Below, in pieces: positions 43,541 to 53,953 of a DNA stretch of 64,000 bases (positions are counted from its first letter, which is position 1; the number at the start of each line of letters is the position of its first letter). Below the pieces are notes generated by a model. It did not search any database. It had not been told where the DNA came from and was given only the letters and a program-made list of their open reading frames with translations. The stretch lies in the sequence record NC_048016.1; one strand, given 5' to 3'. The position numbers were made by a program, and so were the translations under genes.

Positions 43541-43569
43541 CTATAGTTATCCAGCGGAGACGTAATTTT
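43541..43569 (-). promoter_or_regulatory. Putative middle promoter AAAATTAC-N16-TATAG
   Basis: Reverse complement reads AAAATTAC GTCTCCGCTGGATAAC TATAG AAG. Confidence 0.55.
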
Positions 43570-43585
43570 CTTAGAAGGAAAGATA

Positions 43586-44941
43586 ATGAAAGGTTACTGG
43601 GCTAAACGCGCCAAGACGGTGGCTGAGCATAAGCTCGTTGCCGCGGAGTCAATTCGATTCCAAGATAAAAAGAAGCTTGCGGCATTAGCGGAATTGGTTG
43701 AAGCCTTTCGGCGTGCCGGTGACTTCTCTCCTGCCGGGTATGAAAACTCCGGCATTGAAAAGTGGGTATTAGAAAACTGTGGTATCACCATCTTCTTTCG
43801 CAACGGCTCTGAAATCGGCTTAGCCGCTTATGCCTTTGCCGGTGTTGAGCCACCTAAGCTCGATGCCAACAACCCAATTGTCTCCAACCTCCATCGCCAG
43901 TATTACCGTGGCAACAATGACTTGGATGCCTACACCAAGTTCATTAAAGAGAACGAACTGGCAGGTTCGTTTGATGACAGCAACGCCAAAATCTCCGGTG
44001 ACCTGAGCAAGGTCTCAAGCCCGCTGTATGTGACGCCTGTCCTGATGGACGGTCTGAAGATGACGGACTACGAGATTGCCGCCATCATCCTGCATGAAGT
44101 GGGCCACGTTTATTACTACTTCCGCAGTCTGATGCGTGGGGTGGTGGTGAACCTGATTGCTGACGCCGCCGCGAACCGCATGATGGGCATGGAGTCGGAT
44201 GTGGAGAAGCTGCGCGTTATCAAAGACGTTGAGCGCATGCTGAACACCAAAATCGACCAACCGGAAACCATCTGCAAAGAGTTCAAGAAAGAGAACATCT
44301 ATATCCACTTGGTGACCGCGACCCTCTTAGAGCGTCCGAACATCACCGGGGGTGAAGGGTTTGGTAACCGTTCGTGGGAACGTGCGGCCGATGACTACGC
44401 TGCCCGCTTCGGCGCAGCCCCGCATCTGGCAACCGGTCTGTACAAACTGGAAACCGCGCCGATGTATCTGCTGCGCAGCAGCTCGTACATGAACATGGGT
44501 GTGCACCTGACGCTGGAGCTCGGCCGGGTTTCCCTGTTGGTGTTGTGGTCAACCACCCCAATGGGTCTGCTGCTGGCCACCGCGTCCATCGCCTTTGGCC
44601 TGCTGGCCAATGACCCGTCAGCCACTATCTACGATCCACCGCAAGAGCGCTTTGAAACCATGCGTCGTGCATTGGTTGAAGAACTCAAGACACTGGAAGG
44701 GGCGAACACCAAAGCGGCGAACGCACACCGCCAGCGTATCTTGGAAGGTATCTCGCAGATTGATGATTTGCTCAAAGTCGTGAAAGACAAAGACAATCTC
44801 TATGCGTTTATCTACAAGAACCTCATCCCGTCCGGTCGCCGTGAACGTGATGCGGTGGACTACCAGCGCGATGTGGAATCGTATCTGTCTAACGACCTGA
44901 CTGTTGCCATGAACAAACTGAAGGCGTCTTCCGCAAAGTAG
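43586..44941 (+). CDS. Head-cluster protein with a zincin (M48-like) motif
   Basis: AIILHEVGH and ERAADDYAARFG...LATGLYKL; hydrophobic segment near the C-terminus. Confidence 0.75.
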   Translation: MKGYWAKRAKTVAEHKLVAAESIRFQDKKKLAALAELVEAFRRAGDFSPAGYENSGIEKWVLENCGITIFFRNGSEIGLAAYAFAGVEPPKLDANNPIVSNLHRQYYRGNNDLDAYTKFIKENELAGSFDDSNAKISGDLSKVSSPLYVTPVLMDGLKMTDYEIAAIILHEVGHVYYYFRSLMRGVVVNLIADAAANRMMGMESDVEKLRVIKDVERMLNTKIDQPETICKEFKKENIYIHLVTATLLERPNITGGEGFGNRSWERAADDYAARFGAAPHLATGLYKLETAPMYLLRSSSYMNMGVHLTLELGRVSLLVLWSTTPMGLLLATASIAFGLLANDPSATIYDPPQERFETMRRALVEELKTLEGANTKAANAHRQRILEGISQIDDLLKVVKDKDNLYAFIYKNLIPSGRRERDAVDYQRDVESYLSNDLTVAMNKLKASSAK

Positions 44942-44952
44942 CAACCGAGTCT

Positions 44953-45420
44953 GTGGGCCGCGGGCAATCCCTCTGGATGGTATTACCCTTCCATTGGAGC
45001 CCGCTCTCACCCGTGCAGATAGACCATGACCTCAACGGTATGCGTTACGGCGTGGAGACTCCGCCGTTAATTGCGTACAGCAGTAAAGTTGAGGCCATCA
45101 AGGCCGGAATTGAATGGGCGTCATTTAAAAATCGGTCAGCTGATTCAGAAAATTCCGTGGGGTCTTCTTCTGCACCAATGAAGGTAGAACAGCGTGGAAA
45201 CACGTTATACTTGAAGGCACTGGGTTCGAGTAACACCCTCGTCAGTCAAGACACCATCTATCTTTATCGGCTTGACCCGAATGCCGCCTCTGAAGCGTGG
45301 CAACAGTCTTACGAAGGGTCCTTGCAATACTTCACGCACGGCGTAACCCCGTACGCGGAAGTCACGCACGACTCACTTCTTAATCTTATCAAAGACGCCG
45401 GTCTCACCGTCGCTTACTGA
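44953..45420 (+). CDS. Hypothetical protein, possible Arr-like ADP-ribosyltransferase fold
   Basis: PFHWS, IAYSS, IYLYRLDP, QYFT..V and GLTVAY align by eye with the Arr strand order; start 44953 or 44977. Confidence 0.55.
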   Translation: MGRGQSLWMVLPFHWSPLSPVQIDHDLNGMRYGVETPPLIAYSSKVEAIKAGIEWASFKNRSADSENSVGSSSAPMKVEQRGNTLYLKALGSSNTLVSQDTIYLYRLDPNAASEAWQQSYEGSLQYFTHGVTPYAEVTHDSLLNLIKDAGLTVAY

Positions 45421-45431
45421 AAGGTATTATC

Positions 45432-45875
45432 ATGACACACAAAGTTTCTTTAGGCGGACTCGTCTACGATTTCAAACGTGCGAACGAAGGTCAGGGTGTG
45501 CAGGCCACACGTGCCCTGACGGCACTGGTAGCATTCTCCATCGCGTTCTCCACACCGGTTCCGGACAACGGCATCAACGGCTCACTGGAAGCGGCTAACC
45601 AGTTGCTGCGCCCACTGATGAGTTCGGTTATCTCTGATGTCAACGAAATCATGCAGGTTGACTTAGGGTCGATTCAAGACCTGACGTCGGGTCTGTACCT
45701 GAACCGTTACGACTCCGCATGGGGGCGCTACAAAGCACTGGAAGCGTTCACCATCAAACAAATCTTTGATGACGCGGTCGGTAGCGATGTCTGGGCAACC
45801 GTGACCCTGTGGGCAGAGCGCTTCTTGGAAGCGGTTGGTTTCTACATGCAGGAACTGAAAGGACAGGCAGCATGA
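45432..45875 (+). CDS. Virion head protein (147 aa)
   Basis: Position in the head cluster; SLE motif. Confidence 0.75.
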   Translation: MTHKVSLGGLVYDFKRANEGQGVQATRALTALVAFSIAFSTPVPDNGINGSLEAANQLLRPLMSSVISDVNEIMQVDLGSIQDLTSGLYLNRYDSAWGRYKALEAFTIKQIFDDAVGSDVWATVTLWAERFLEAVGFYMQELKGQAA

Positions 45876-47569
45876 CTTCAATGACTGGGCCTTCGGGCAC
45901 CGTCAGTGTTCACCCGAAATGGCGTCTGGGTGAGATTGGCGCTTTGTTAAAAGACCGCATGGACGAGAAGGTTGATTCCGTTGACCAGCTTTCTTTGTAC
46001 ATGCAACGCAACGATGCTGACTTGGTGTACGGTGCGCGTCTGATGACGCAGATTGAAGCCGTTATCGAGCAGGTCAAACGTCAGGGGTTAAGCCGCGACC
46101 AAGCCGTGGCGGTGGAGTCGGTTCGCCCGGGGACTATCCCAAGCAACGTGCAAAAGTTGCTGACCTCCAACTACAGCCGTACGCACCAGAAAGAAACACT
46201 GGTGGCGCTGGAGTCGTGGGCCAAAGCCGGTCGCATGGGACTTATCGTATTGGCCATCACTGCCCTGTTGAAAGTGGTGTCGTGGATTATCGAGAACGGA
46301 AAACCGTTTGGGGGGAAAGGCGATGCGGATGCAAGCGGGTATGCTTCGAAAGTCAAAGAGAAAGTTGATGCGGTTGAAGTGGGCGGACGGAGTGTGCTCG
46401 GTTCTCTGACTGTCACCACGGTGAAAGATGCGTATCTGGCGTATGCCAAAGATGCGTCGTCAGTTGACCACTACAACCTCTCTGTGGCCCAGCTGGACAA
46501 AGTGCTGGCTGACCTCAAAGCTGAAGACTTCCTGAACAAGGTTGCTGCTGCCAATGGCGGTAAGTCCCCGTTCATGGCAATGTTTTCTGAATATGCCAAA
46601 GGTGGCAAGAAAGCTGAAAACGAAGTGCTGTTTGACGCCATCGATGCCCTGCTGGGTCTGTGCGTCACCTCGGCTGTGTTCGATGCCCGTACCTCTAAAG
46701 CGGCGTACGACCGTTTACCAAAAACGGTTCAGGCCACAGGCATGAAGTTTGCGTGTGACTTGGTGTACAAACGCTACGGCGGAACAGTGAAAGACCTTAT
46801 CGACTACTTCAACGTGATGATGCGTGGCTTTGCCGCCATGGATCGTAAAACCCTGTTGGACAACTACCGCGACCCACGCGGGGTGTTCACCAAAGGCCAA
46901 CGTTCAGTATTCCCGGCAGGTGATATCGCCGTAGGGTTGTTTGCAGAAGGTCTGGAGCAGCTGAACAACGCCTCAATGGGGATTGTTGACGACGCCACCC
47001 GTGGCTTCTCGTTTGACATGGGCCCTGCGGTGTTAATCGGTCCTGCGCAGTCCCGTGACTTGGTCGGTTACGACGAAGGGATTGACATGGTGAACGGCAT
47101 TCGCCTGCACACCACGCAAGAAGGCGCGTACTTTACCCGCAGCTCGTTCCAAACCCTGCGTGAGAAAATCAAACTCACCGCAACCGATGCGCGTGGTATC
47201 TTAGCGGCCCTCGTGTGTTTGAATCCAGAAGGCTACACCAAGGATGCGAACCGTGGGGCACTGAGTAACTACACGGCATTGCGTCAGCAGATTGACCAGT
47301 TCATGAAAGTGTTTGAAGCGTGGGCCGAGGGTGTGAATAAACTCGAGCCTGACTTCTTCAAATACCTCGCGGATGCAATCCAGCGTGACGTCGGGCAGGG
47401 TAAACGCGGGAGCGGTGACGGTCGTGAGTTGTCACTGGTGTACATGAAGTCCGATGACTTCGTGACAGGTCTGCGTGCGAACATGGATGTGGTGCGCCGC
47501 ATCTGTATTGCCGGTGCGTCGTTACAAGCGGTGGCGAACACCTCCACGCGTAACAAGATGGCAAAATAA
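45872..47569 (+). CDS. Virion head/ejection protein (565 aa)
   Basis: ATGA coupling; AVES and ALES candidate protease sites in the N-terminal part. Confidence 0.75.
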   Translation: MTSMTGPSGTVSVHPKWRLGEIGALLKDRMDEKVDSVDQLSLYMQRNDADLVYGARLMTQIEAVIEQVKRQGLSRDQAVAVESVRPGTIPSNVQKLLTSNYSRTHQKETLVALESWAKAGRMGLIVLAITALLKVVSWIIENGKPFGGKGDADASGYASKVKEKVDAVEVGGRSVLGSLTVTTVKDAYLAYAKDASSVDHYNLSVAQLDKVLADLKAEDFLNKVAAANGGKSPFMAMFSEYAKGGKKAENEVLFDAIDALLGLCVTSAVFDARTSKAAYDRLPKTVQATGMKFACDLVYKRYGGTVKDLIDYFNVMMRGFAAMDRKTLLDNYRDPRGVFTKGQRSVFPAGDIAVGLFAEGLEQLNNASMGIVDDATRGFSFDMGPAVLIGPAQSRDLVGYDEGIDMVNGIRLHTTQEGAYFTRSSFQTLREKIKLTATDARGILAALVCLNPEGYTKDANRGALSNYTALRQQIDQFMKVFEAWAEGVNKLEPDFFKYLADAIQRDVGQGKRGSGDGRELSLVYMKSDDFVTGLRANMDVVRRICIAGASLQAVANTSTRNKMAK

Positions 47570-47616
47570 AGAAAAGTCCCACCTCCCGTAAAGGAGGTGG
47601 GTACTTCATTTTATTT
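47570..47616. terminator. Bidirectional terminator
   Basis: CCCACCTCC-CGTAAA-GGAGGTGGG between convergent genes. Confidence 0.8.
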
Positions 47617-50565
47617 GGCGTCGGTGTCGTGGCGGTTAAAGGCCAAGACGATGTCGTCCTTGAGTTTCATGGTGCCGTCCACGTCGAGCGTCAGTACCTT
47701 ACCAATGGTGGCTTGTGAGGCATCGCCGACCACGGTGAAGATACGCCAGTCGCTGTCTGGTCCCATGCCACCCATCTCAACCGCAATCACGGATTCCAGC
47801 AACTCTGACTTCAGTGCCTCGCCCAGCTTGGTGGCTGAGACGGTTTTGTTGGCAATGAGGTAATCGTTGATGACCTTCGAGGTTTTGGTGCGGATGATTT
47901 TCAGCAGGTCGGTGTTCTGACGGTTTGCTGCGGTCAAGTAGTAACTCACCGTGAAACGGTTCTCTGCCTGAATCGGAGTAACGGTACCGTCCTCGGTACG
48001 GGCTTGGATGTAACCCATGGTGGTGACCGGCACAAAGTACGCTTCGGTCTGGTCTAACAGGCTACCCGCAATCGCAGGAATCTTAACCGTTACCACACCC
48101 ACAATGTAGTCAATCACCGAACGCAGGTACGCCTGCACTGTGGGGTCAGTGGCAAACATGTACCGGGCATCGTAGACTGACATCTCACTGCGGAAGATAA
48201 GGCTACGCGGTTTATCAATAATCGGTTGGTTATTGTTGTCGCGCATCAGGTCACCTTTGGTGTAGCGGATTTCCTGATTGCCGTTCTCATCCAACACCGG
48301 GTCACCTTTGCGGTGCAGGTAGACGAACTCGATGGTGTTGGTGTCTTTGTCGTACGTGTACTCGGGAATGGAGTCCGAGCCTTCCTTGTACTTGATGACA
48401 TCCGATTCGTAGAACGCCAGCACATCCTCTTGGTAGTATTTGTAGTTAATCCCATCCGTCTGAGGACGGGCCTTACGCCAATACGCCGAGAGGGCCTTAC
48501 CGAGTTGCAGGGTATAAATCTCCTGCGTAACACCGATAGCATCACGGGTCGGTGGGACAATAATCGCATCCATGGAGGCACGCTCGTAGTTGCCCGGGTA
48601 GTAACCAGTGACACCAAAGAACACGTTGAACTCCGATTCAAGGGCAACCGGTACTGGTGTGGCATTGGCCGAGGCTAAACGGGTGTTGGTCAGAATCAGC
48701 TCATCGTTACGGTCAACGTCGAGGTTCGTTTCCAGTGGGAACTCCCACACACGTTCATCATCACGGTAGCCAATTAAGGTGCCGTTGATATACGCGTACT
48801 GGTCGGTGTAGCCGCGAGGCACGTACGAGATTTGGGCAAAGCATTGCTCATCCGCGATAGCCTTGTAGGAGGCTTCTGACTTCGTTACAACGCGCAATGC
48901 AAACCCTTTCTCGGTGGCCACCAGTTCGTAGTTACCCGACACCACACTCAACGCGGTTGACACGTTGGTGGAGACAAAGCGTTTGCCGGTAACCTGCGGG
49001 CTGTCCAGCTGATAGATACGCACGTCAATGGCGGTGTTGTTGATGTCCACAACGTAATGGAACGGGGTGAACATGTACGGCACCGCATTGGCGAGGTTAA
49101 TCAGTTGGTCGGGTGCAAGGTTCTTGGCAAGCTCCGTCATCTGCGCATCCACGGTAATCGACCCGTTGGTGTAGCGGTAGATAGTCGAGGGCAGAATGGT
49201 CAGGCGGTTATCGTTAACGCGCACGGTCGACAGGTTCGCCAACTCATCCCAGCTAAACAGCAGCGGGGCCGTCAGGGCACCGATCGGGGAACTCACCCCT
49301 TTCACCGTCGAGGCAGGTAACGGCGAGGACAGGTGGAACGTGCGGCCGGTCACGTAGTCAATCGGTACCGACAGGTCCAAGCCGTAATCGTTCGCGGTTG
49401 ATTTCACCTGTGCCAAGGTCACCGGTAGCTGGCGTTGACCAACGGCGTTGTTCACCACCCGGTCACGCAGCTCTGCAAAGGTCAGTGGCAGTCGACCCCC
49501 GGTGGTTACTGAACCGGACTCCGCGGTGAGCTGACGAATGGAGAAGTCTTTAATCGGGTTCGAGTAAGTCTCATCCACTTCGCCATTGAAATCCCGCAGA
49601 CCAAAGGTAAACTGGTCACCGGTGTACGAGGAGATGTCCACACTCAGCGGGCCTAAGGTGGTGTAGATGTCAAGGCGAATCTCACCCGACACCAATCCCG
49701 TTTGCAGATAGATAGACGGAATCGTCATCCGTACGTTCTGCCCGTTCACCTGAATCAACGCCGTGGCCACCTGTGGGTCGTACACGTCACGGGAGTGGGT
49801 ATGTTTAATCTCAACCCACGTCCGGCTACCTGATGCTTTCATCCACACACGGGCGTAGAAGAAGTTGTTGGTAAACGGACGCTCCATGACGTACTGACTG
49901 TTACCGGCCACGGTGTCGTGGTTGTTATCCGAGGAGACCGAATACTGCAGCATTGGGATACGGATACCCAGCAGCATCGAGGTGGTGTTCGGCGCACTGG
50001 TCAGAATCCAATCCAGTGCATTGGTGGAGACCGGGGTAATCGGTGATTGGTTCTCGGTTAACCACACCACCTGAAACGCCGGTTGGTCCACGGTGCCGTA
50101 GGGCAGCACACGAATCTCAAGTGGGTACTGAATAGCAAACTCGTAACCGGCCACCTTAAACACCGTGTCACGCGGGAAGGTCACGCGGCGCACACCGTCT
50201 GAAATCAGCGGCATGGCTTTTGACATCACCGAGTCCACATCCAAGACCAACAGCATCTGCACACTGGATGGCTGGGCAAACACATCCACGTAATCCACAT
50301 CCGACATGTGACGGAACAGGTCATCGTAGTCGTTGGCCATCGATGGGTACACTTTGGGCAGCATCTCACGCTGGCCTTGGATACTGGCGTGGGCTAACAT
50401 CACCCCCATCTCTGCCACAAACACCACGGGGTCAGTGGGGTCCATCAAAACGACTTGGTTGTTCTCTTCTACCGCCGCCAGCTGGTTTAACATCAACGTC
50501 TGCATGGCAGCCGGATTGTGTGCCATTAGCAGCATGTTCTTTTTAAGCGTGTTGTAAGTATCCAT
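47611..50565 (-). CDS. Large baseplate (wedge/J-like) protein (phiKZ gp87 position)
   Basis: TGATG-coupled start at 50565; DPTDPVVFVAE and TTGGRLPLTFAELR resemble baseplate-J motifs. Confidence 0.75.
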   Translation of the reverse strand: MDTYNTLKKNMLLMAHNPAAMQTLMLNQLAAVEENNQVVLMDPTDPVVFVAEMGVMLAHASIQGQREMLPKVYPSMANDYDDLFRHMSDVDYVDVFAQPSSVQMLLVLDVDSVMSKAMPLISDGVRRVTFPRDTVFKVAGYEFAIQYPLEIRVLPYGTVDQPAFQVVWLTENQSPITPVSTNALDWILTSAPNTTSMLLGIRIPMLQYSVSSDNNHDTVAGNSQYVMERPFTNNFFYARVWMKASGSRTWVEIKHTHSRDVYDPQVATALIQVNGQNVRMTIPSIYLQTGLVSGEIRLDIYTTLGPLSVDISSYTGDQFTFGLRDFNGEVDETYSNPIKDFSIRQLTAESGSVTTGGRLPLTFAELRDRVVNNAVGQRQLPVTLAQVKSTANDYGLDLSVPIDYVTGRTFHLSSPLPASTVKGVSSPIGALTAPLLFSWDELANLSTVRVNDNRLTILPSTIYRYTNGSITVDAQMTELAKNLAPDQLINLANAVPYMFTPFHYVVDINNTAIDVRIYQLDSPQVTGKRFVSTNVSTALSVVSGNYELVATEKGFALRVVTKSEASYKAIADEQCFAQISYVPRGYTDQYAYINGTLIGYRDDERVWEFPLETNLDVDRNDELILTNTRLASANATPVPVALESEFNVFFGVTGYYPGNYERASMDAIIVPPTRDAIGVTQEIYTLQLGKALSAYWRKARPQTDGINYKYYQEDVLAFYESDVIKYKEGSDSIPEYTYDKDTNTIEFVYLHRKGDPVLDENGNQEIRYTKGDLMRDNNNQPIIDKPRSLIFRSEMSVYDARYMFATDPTVQAYLRSVIDYIVGVVTVKIPAIAGSLLDQTEAYFVPVTTMGYIQARTEDGTVTPIQAENRFTVSYYLTAANRQNTDLLKIIRTKTSKVINDYLIANKTVSATKLGEALKSELLESVIAVEMGGMGPDSDWRIFTVVGDASQATIGKVLTLDVDGTMKLKDDIVLAFNRHDTDAK

Positions 50566-51818
50566 CAGCGTAGTATTCCTGCTTTGGTCAGCACAGTACG
50601 GTAGTCGGCTTGGTAAACGTACCAAGTGATGCGACGGCGCACTGAGTCAAGATAAGGATAGCCGTAGTAGTTAAACAGCGGCAGCAGTTCAGCCGGGATA
50701 GGCACCAGTGAGTTGCCCCCCATCGGTGTGAACGTTTCCTGTCGAGGGTCAGGCGTCATGTCCGGGTTAAAGATGGCCACAGTGCGGTTAAACATTTCCA
50801 TGTACAGCGGGTCATTGTAACGCGCCCCAAACATCTGCCAGTTGATGGTCACCGTGGTGTCATCATCCAGTGAGGGTTTGGAGTTGTCGACCTGTGCCAT
50901 GGAACCGGCGTTGTTGTTCGTTGGGAAACCCACACACATCGTCCAGAAACGGGAGATGTTGCCAAGGGCGTCGTAGCGAATCCCGTAGATGCGACTGAAG
51001 TAGTCCATGCGCCGTTGAATGGAGTTGCGAATCTTGGGCTTGAACTTGCCCATCTTTACCCCAGCCATGTATTCCAGCCACACCGACATCATCCTCATGA
51101 TGGGGTCACCGTACGGGTTATTCAACGACGCAGACACCGTGTAGCCGTTGTTGACCTCGTTGGTGGAATCCACCATACCCCACTGTTCACGCATCAAGCC
51201 TTCCTGCGAAGTCCACACGTCCACCGACTCATCTGGCGGGGCGGAGAGGCTCATCAGCTGCGTGCTGAGTAATGGTATGAAAGCCTGTAGGTTATCGAAC
51301 GGAATGTCTGGGTGGAAAGGTGTCCCCAGACGGTTTTTTCGCTGACCATTAGCATTGCGTGGTGAATCCGAAAACCCGAGCTCAAAGTCCGGGTCCAGTG
51401 CCGCCAGAATCGAGTAATCGAGCGACCCCTTCGGTTGTGCCGCCATGTTCGAGAAACGCCGCGAGTTGGCTAAATTGTCGAACTCGAGGTTAAAGTCTGG
51501 ACGGGTAAAGAATGTCAGTCCCCCGTATTCCTTATTAATAGGAACCGGGCTGGAGGCCATTCTATGGTTGAAACCCATGAGGGGGTTTGTCATGCGTTGT
51601 GCAGCCAAACCTTGGCCGCTAAGCAAACGTAAGCGGGACGTCCATGCTGTTAACTCGTCACCGAAATTAAACGCAGTGTTCGGGTTAGCGGTAGACCGGC
51701 GTGCATCAATGTATCCCGCGACTGAGGGCACGGCGTCCGCGTTGTTCGGATTGCTATAGCCGGAGTCCTCCGGGGTATTGGGATCATATCCCGGATCGTT
51801 TTCAGTCTCGTTACTCAT
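50565..51818 (-). CDS. Baseplate/tail-tube-like protein (phiKZ gp88 position)
   Basis: 417 aa; FFTRPDFNL and tube-like beta pattern. Confidence 0.7.
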   Translation of the reverse strand: MSNETENDPGYDPNTPEDSGYSNPNNADAVPSVAGYIDARRSTANPNTAFNFGDELTAWTSRLRLLSGQGLAAQRMTNPLMGFNHRMASSPVPINKEYGGLTFFTRPDFNLEFDNLANSRRFSNMAAQPKGSLDYSILAALDPDFELGFSDSPRNANGQRKNRLGTPFHPDIPFDNLQAFIPLLSTQLMSLSAPPDESVDVWTSQEGLMREQWGMVDSTNEVNNGYTVSASLNNPYGDPIMRMMSVWLEYMAGVKMGKFKPKIRNSIQRRMDYFSRIYGIRYDALGNISRFWTMCVGFPTNNNAGSMAQVDNSKPSLDDDTTVTINWQMFGARYNDPLYMEMFNRTVAIFNPDMTPDPRQETFTPMGGNSLVPIPAELLPLFNYYGYPYLDSVRRRITWYVYQADYRTVLTKAGILR

Positions 51819-51843
51819 TATTAACTCCGGAGTTAGAAAAAAG

Positions 51844-53007
51844 ATGATACAGAGAACCGTAGAGTCAAGCGTAATTACGTTCTTAGCTGCCTTCCCCTCG
51901 CTGTTTCGTCAGCGGGCGGACTCGCTGGAGGAGTTCAACTCCGTTCTACAGAATGACTACACTACGCTGGTCGAAGATAGCTTGCTGGGTCTGGACTACC
52001 TGCCCGGCATTATGGAAAAGATGCAGTTACTGTTGGCAGGGCAAACCCTGACCGCCATTTCACTGCTGACCGGTGTTCCAGAAGTTGACGTTATCGGCAC
52101 GCTGGACAAAATCTCCACCAAACGTAGCGCATTGGATGCTGCGGTTCGTACCGGGAGTGCACTGGGTGCATTGGCAATCGGCGAGTCGTCACGTCCGGGT
52201 CGCTTTGCGCTGCCGTCATACGATAACCTCGCTTTGGCAGTTGGTGAATCTTCTCGTCGTAAAGTGGCGCGTGAATCGCGTGATGACAAGAGCAAAGAGC
52301 GCACCGGCGTGGCCCTGCAAAGTGATTTCGCTAAGCGTCTGAGCGAGCAGGAAAGCCTGTCCAGCGGTAAGCAGTTCAGCGTGACCTTTGAGCGTAATGG
52401 TAACAAGCTCGAAGTGCCAATGCGCGTGCGTCTGGAAGTCAGCTCCACCGATACCGGGTCTATCGAAAACATCATCCTGCTGGGCGAAGAGAACCGTAGC
52501 CTGTGGGAACGTTGGATTCGCCGCTCTACCGGTAAAAACGGTGGCTCGTCTGCCGTGGATAAAATCCGCGCGACGAAAGACATCGCCTTCTCCAACGACC
52601 TTATCGATGAGTACCGTAAGAATCGCTTCCGCGACAAATCGGGCTACTACTCGAAGATGATGGAGAAGAGAAACGGCAACTGGCTGTCAGGTATGCTGAC
52701 GCTGTCACCGTCCATCAACAACGCCTCCGCGCTGATGATTGTCTCGCAGGAAACCATCGACGGCTTAGAAGCGCGTCTGGGTGGTGACTTCGATGACTTC
52801 AACGTGCGCAAACGTGTGTTCGAAAACACACTGACCATGTACTACGTCGTGGTTGACCAGACGTGGGGCCGTGTCACTATTTACACTCGCGGTCAGAACG
52901 GTTCACAGCAGCTGGATAAGAACGATTTCAGCAAGGCTAAAGCTGGCTCTGCCGACGTGAACAAAATCATCGAAGCGTATCGCTCCGGTGCTCAACCGGT
53001 GCTTTAA
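51844..53007 (+). CDS. Virion head protein (phiKZ gp89 position)
   Basis: 387 aa; VARES candidate cleavage site. Confidence 0.75.
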   Translation: MIQRTVESSVITFLAAFPSLFRQRADSLEEFNSVLQNDYTTLVEDSLLGLDYLPGIMEKMQLLLAGQTLTAISLLTGVPEVDVIGTLDKISTKRSALDAAVRTGSALGALAIGESSRPGRFALPSYDNLALAVGESSRRKVARESRDDKSKERTGVALQSDFAKRLSEQESLSSGKQFSVTFERNGNKLEVPMRVRLEVSSTDTGSIENIILLGEENRSLWERWIRRSTGKNGGSSAVDKIRATKDIAFSNDLIDEYRKNRFRDKSGYYSKMMEKRNGNWLSGMLTLSPSINNASALMIVSQETIDGLEARLGGDFDDFNVRKRVFENTLTMYYVVVDQTWGRVTIYTRGQNGSQQLDKNDFSKAKAGSADVNKIIEAYRSGAQPVL

Positions 53008-53017
53008 GGGGTCTTTC

Positions 53018-53953
53018 ATGCCTATTCCGAACATGCTGGCAATGTTACTGCCAAGCTTTGAGTCCATTAACCTGAAGAACCAGCTCTCGTCCAACTGTGA
53101 CGCGATTGGGGAAGCCCTGCTGCCGCGTTTCCAAACGTTGCAGGAAGTGGTGGGTACCCAAGAGGGCAAACACTTCAAGAACAGCACCGTGCAAGAGATG
53201 AGCGAAGACATCGTCTCTAGCCTGCGTAGCAGTTCCCTGAACGTGAAAGGCCTGCGTGTTGCCTCGATGCTGGAGTATATCATTCCATCATTAGAGAACG
53301 TGCTGACCCTGCGCAGCTTCTTAGAGCAGCACATCACCAAAGACATCGGTAAGTCACTGGTGACCTCGGCGCTGACCTTTAACAAGCAGACCCTGCTGCA
53401 GATGCTGGACATCATTGACTTCGCCACCAAGTACAGCAGTGTTCTGCTGAACTACGTCACAGCCGTTGAGCTGAACGCGGTGGAAGGGTCAAACATTGAT
53501 GGCGGCGCTATCGCACCAAACGACCTGCAATACCTGAAGACGCAGAGCACGGTCTTCTGTATCGCCCTGCGGGTGCTGGGGACGCCTATCAATAAACTGA
53601 AAGCGGACTACGCTGAGATTCCAGAGGCTATCTTCGATGAAGACACCTACAACGATCTCGTCGCCTCTTTCGGTTCTGGCACCACCGACCCACTCGGCAT
53701 GCGTTCGGTTCCATTCCCACTGACGATTGTCTATCGCGTTCGTCTGAACTTCGCTGAATGGCAGATGGATCGCTACGACGAATGTGTGGCTGCCGGTAAA
53801 GCGGCAGAGCTACGTATTCTGCTGTGGAAAAAGCAGCAGGCAGAAGGCAGTGGTGATGCGGCTATTGAGCGTCTGATTAAAGACCAGGAAAAACGCTTGA
53901 TGGACCTCAAGTACAAGCGTGAAAAACTGGAGAAGAAGTATGGACTTCAATAA
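53018..53953 (+). CDS. Virion head protein (phiKZ gp90 position)
   Basis: 311 aa; coiled-coil C-terminus. Confidence 0.75.
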   Translation: MPIPNMLAMLLPSFESINLKNQLSSNCDAIGEALLPRFQTLQEVVGTQEGKHFKNSTVQEMSEDIVSSLRSSSLNVKGLRVASMLEYIIPSLENVLTLRSFLEQHITKDIGKSLVTSALTFNKQTLLQMLDIIDFATKYSSVLLNYVTAVELNAVEGSNIDGGAIAPNDLQYLKTQSTVFCIALRVLGTPINKLKADYAEIPEAIFDEDTYNDLVASFGSGTTDPLGMRSVPFPLTIVYRVRLNFAEWQMDRYDECVAAGKAAELRILLWKKQQAEGSGDAAIERLIKDQEKRLMDLKYKREKLEKKYGLQ

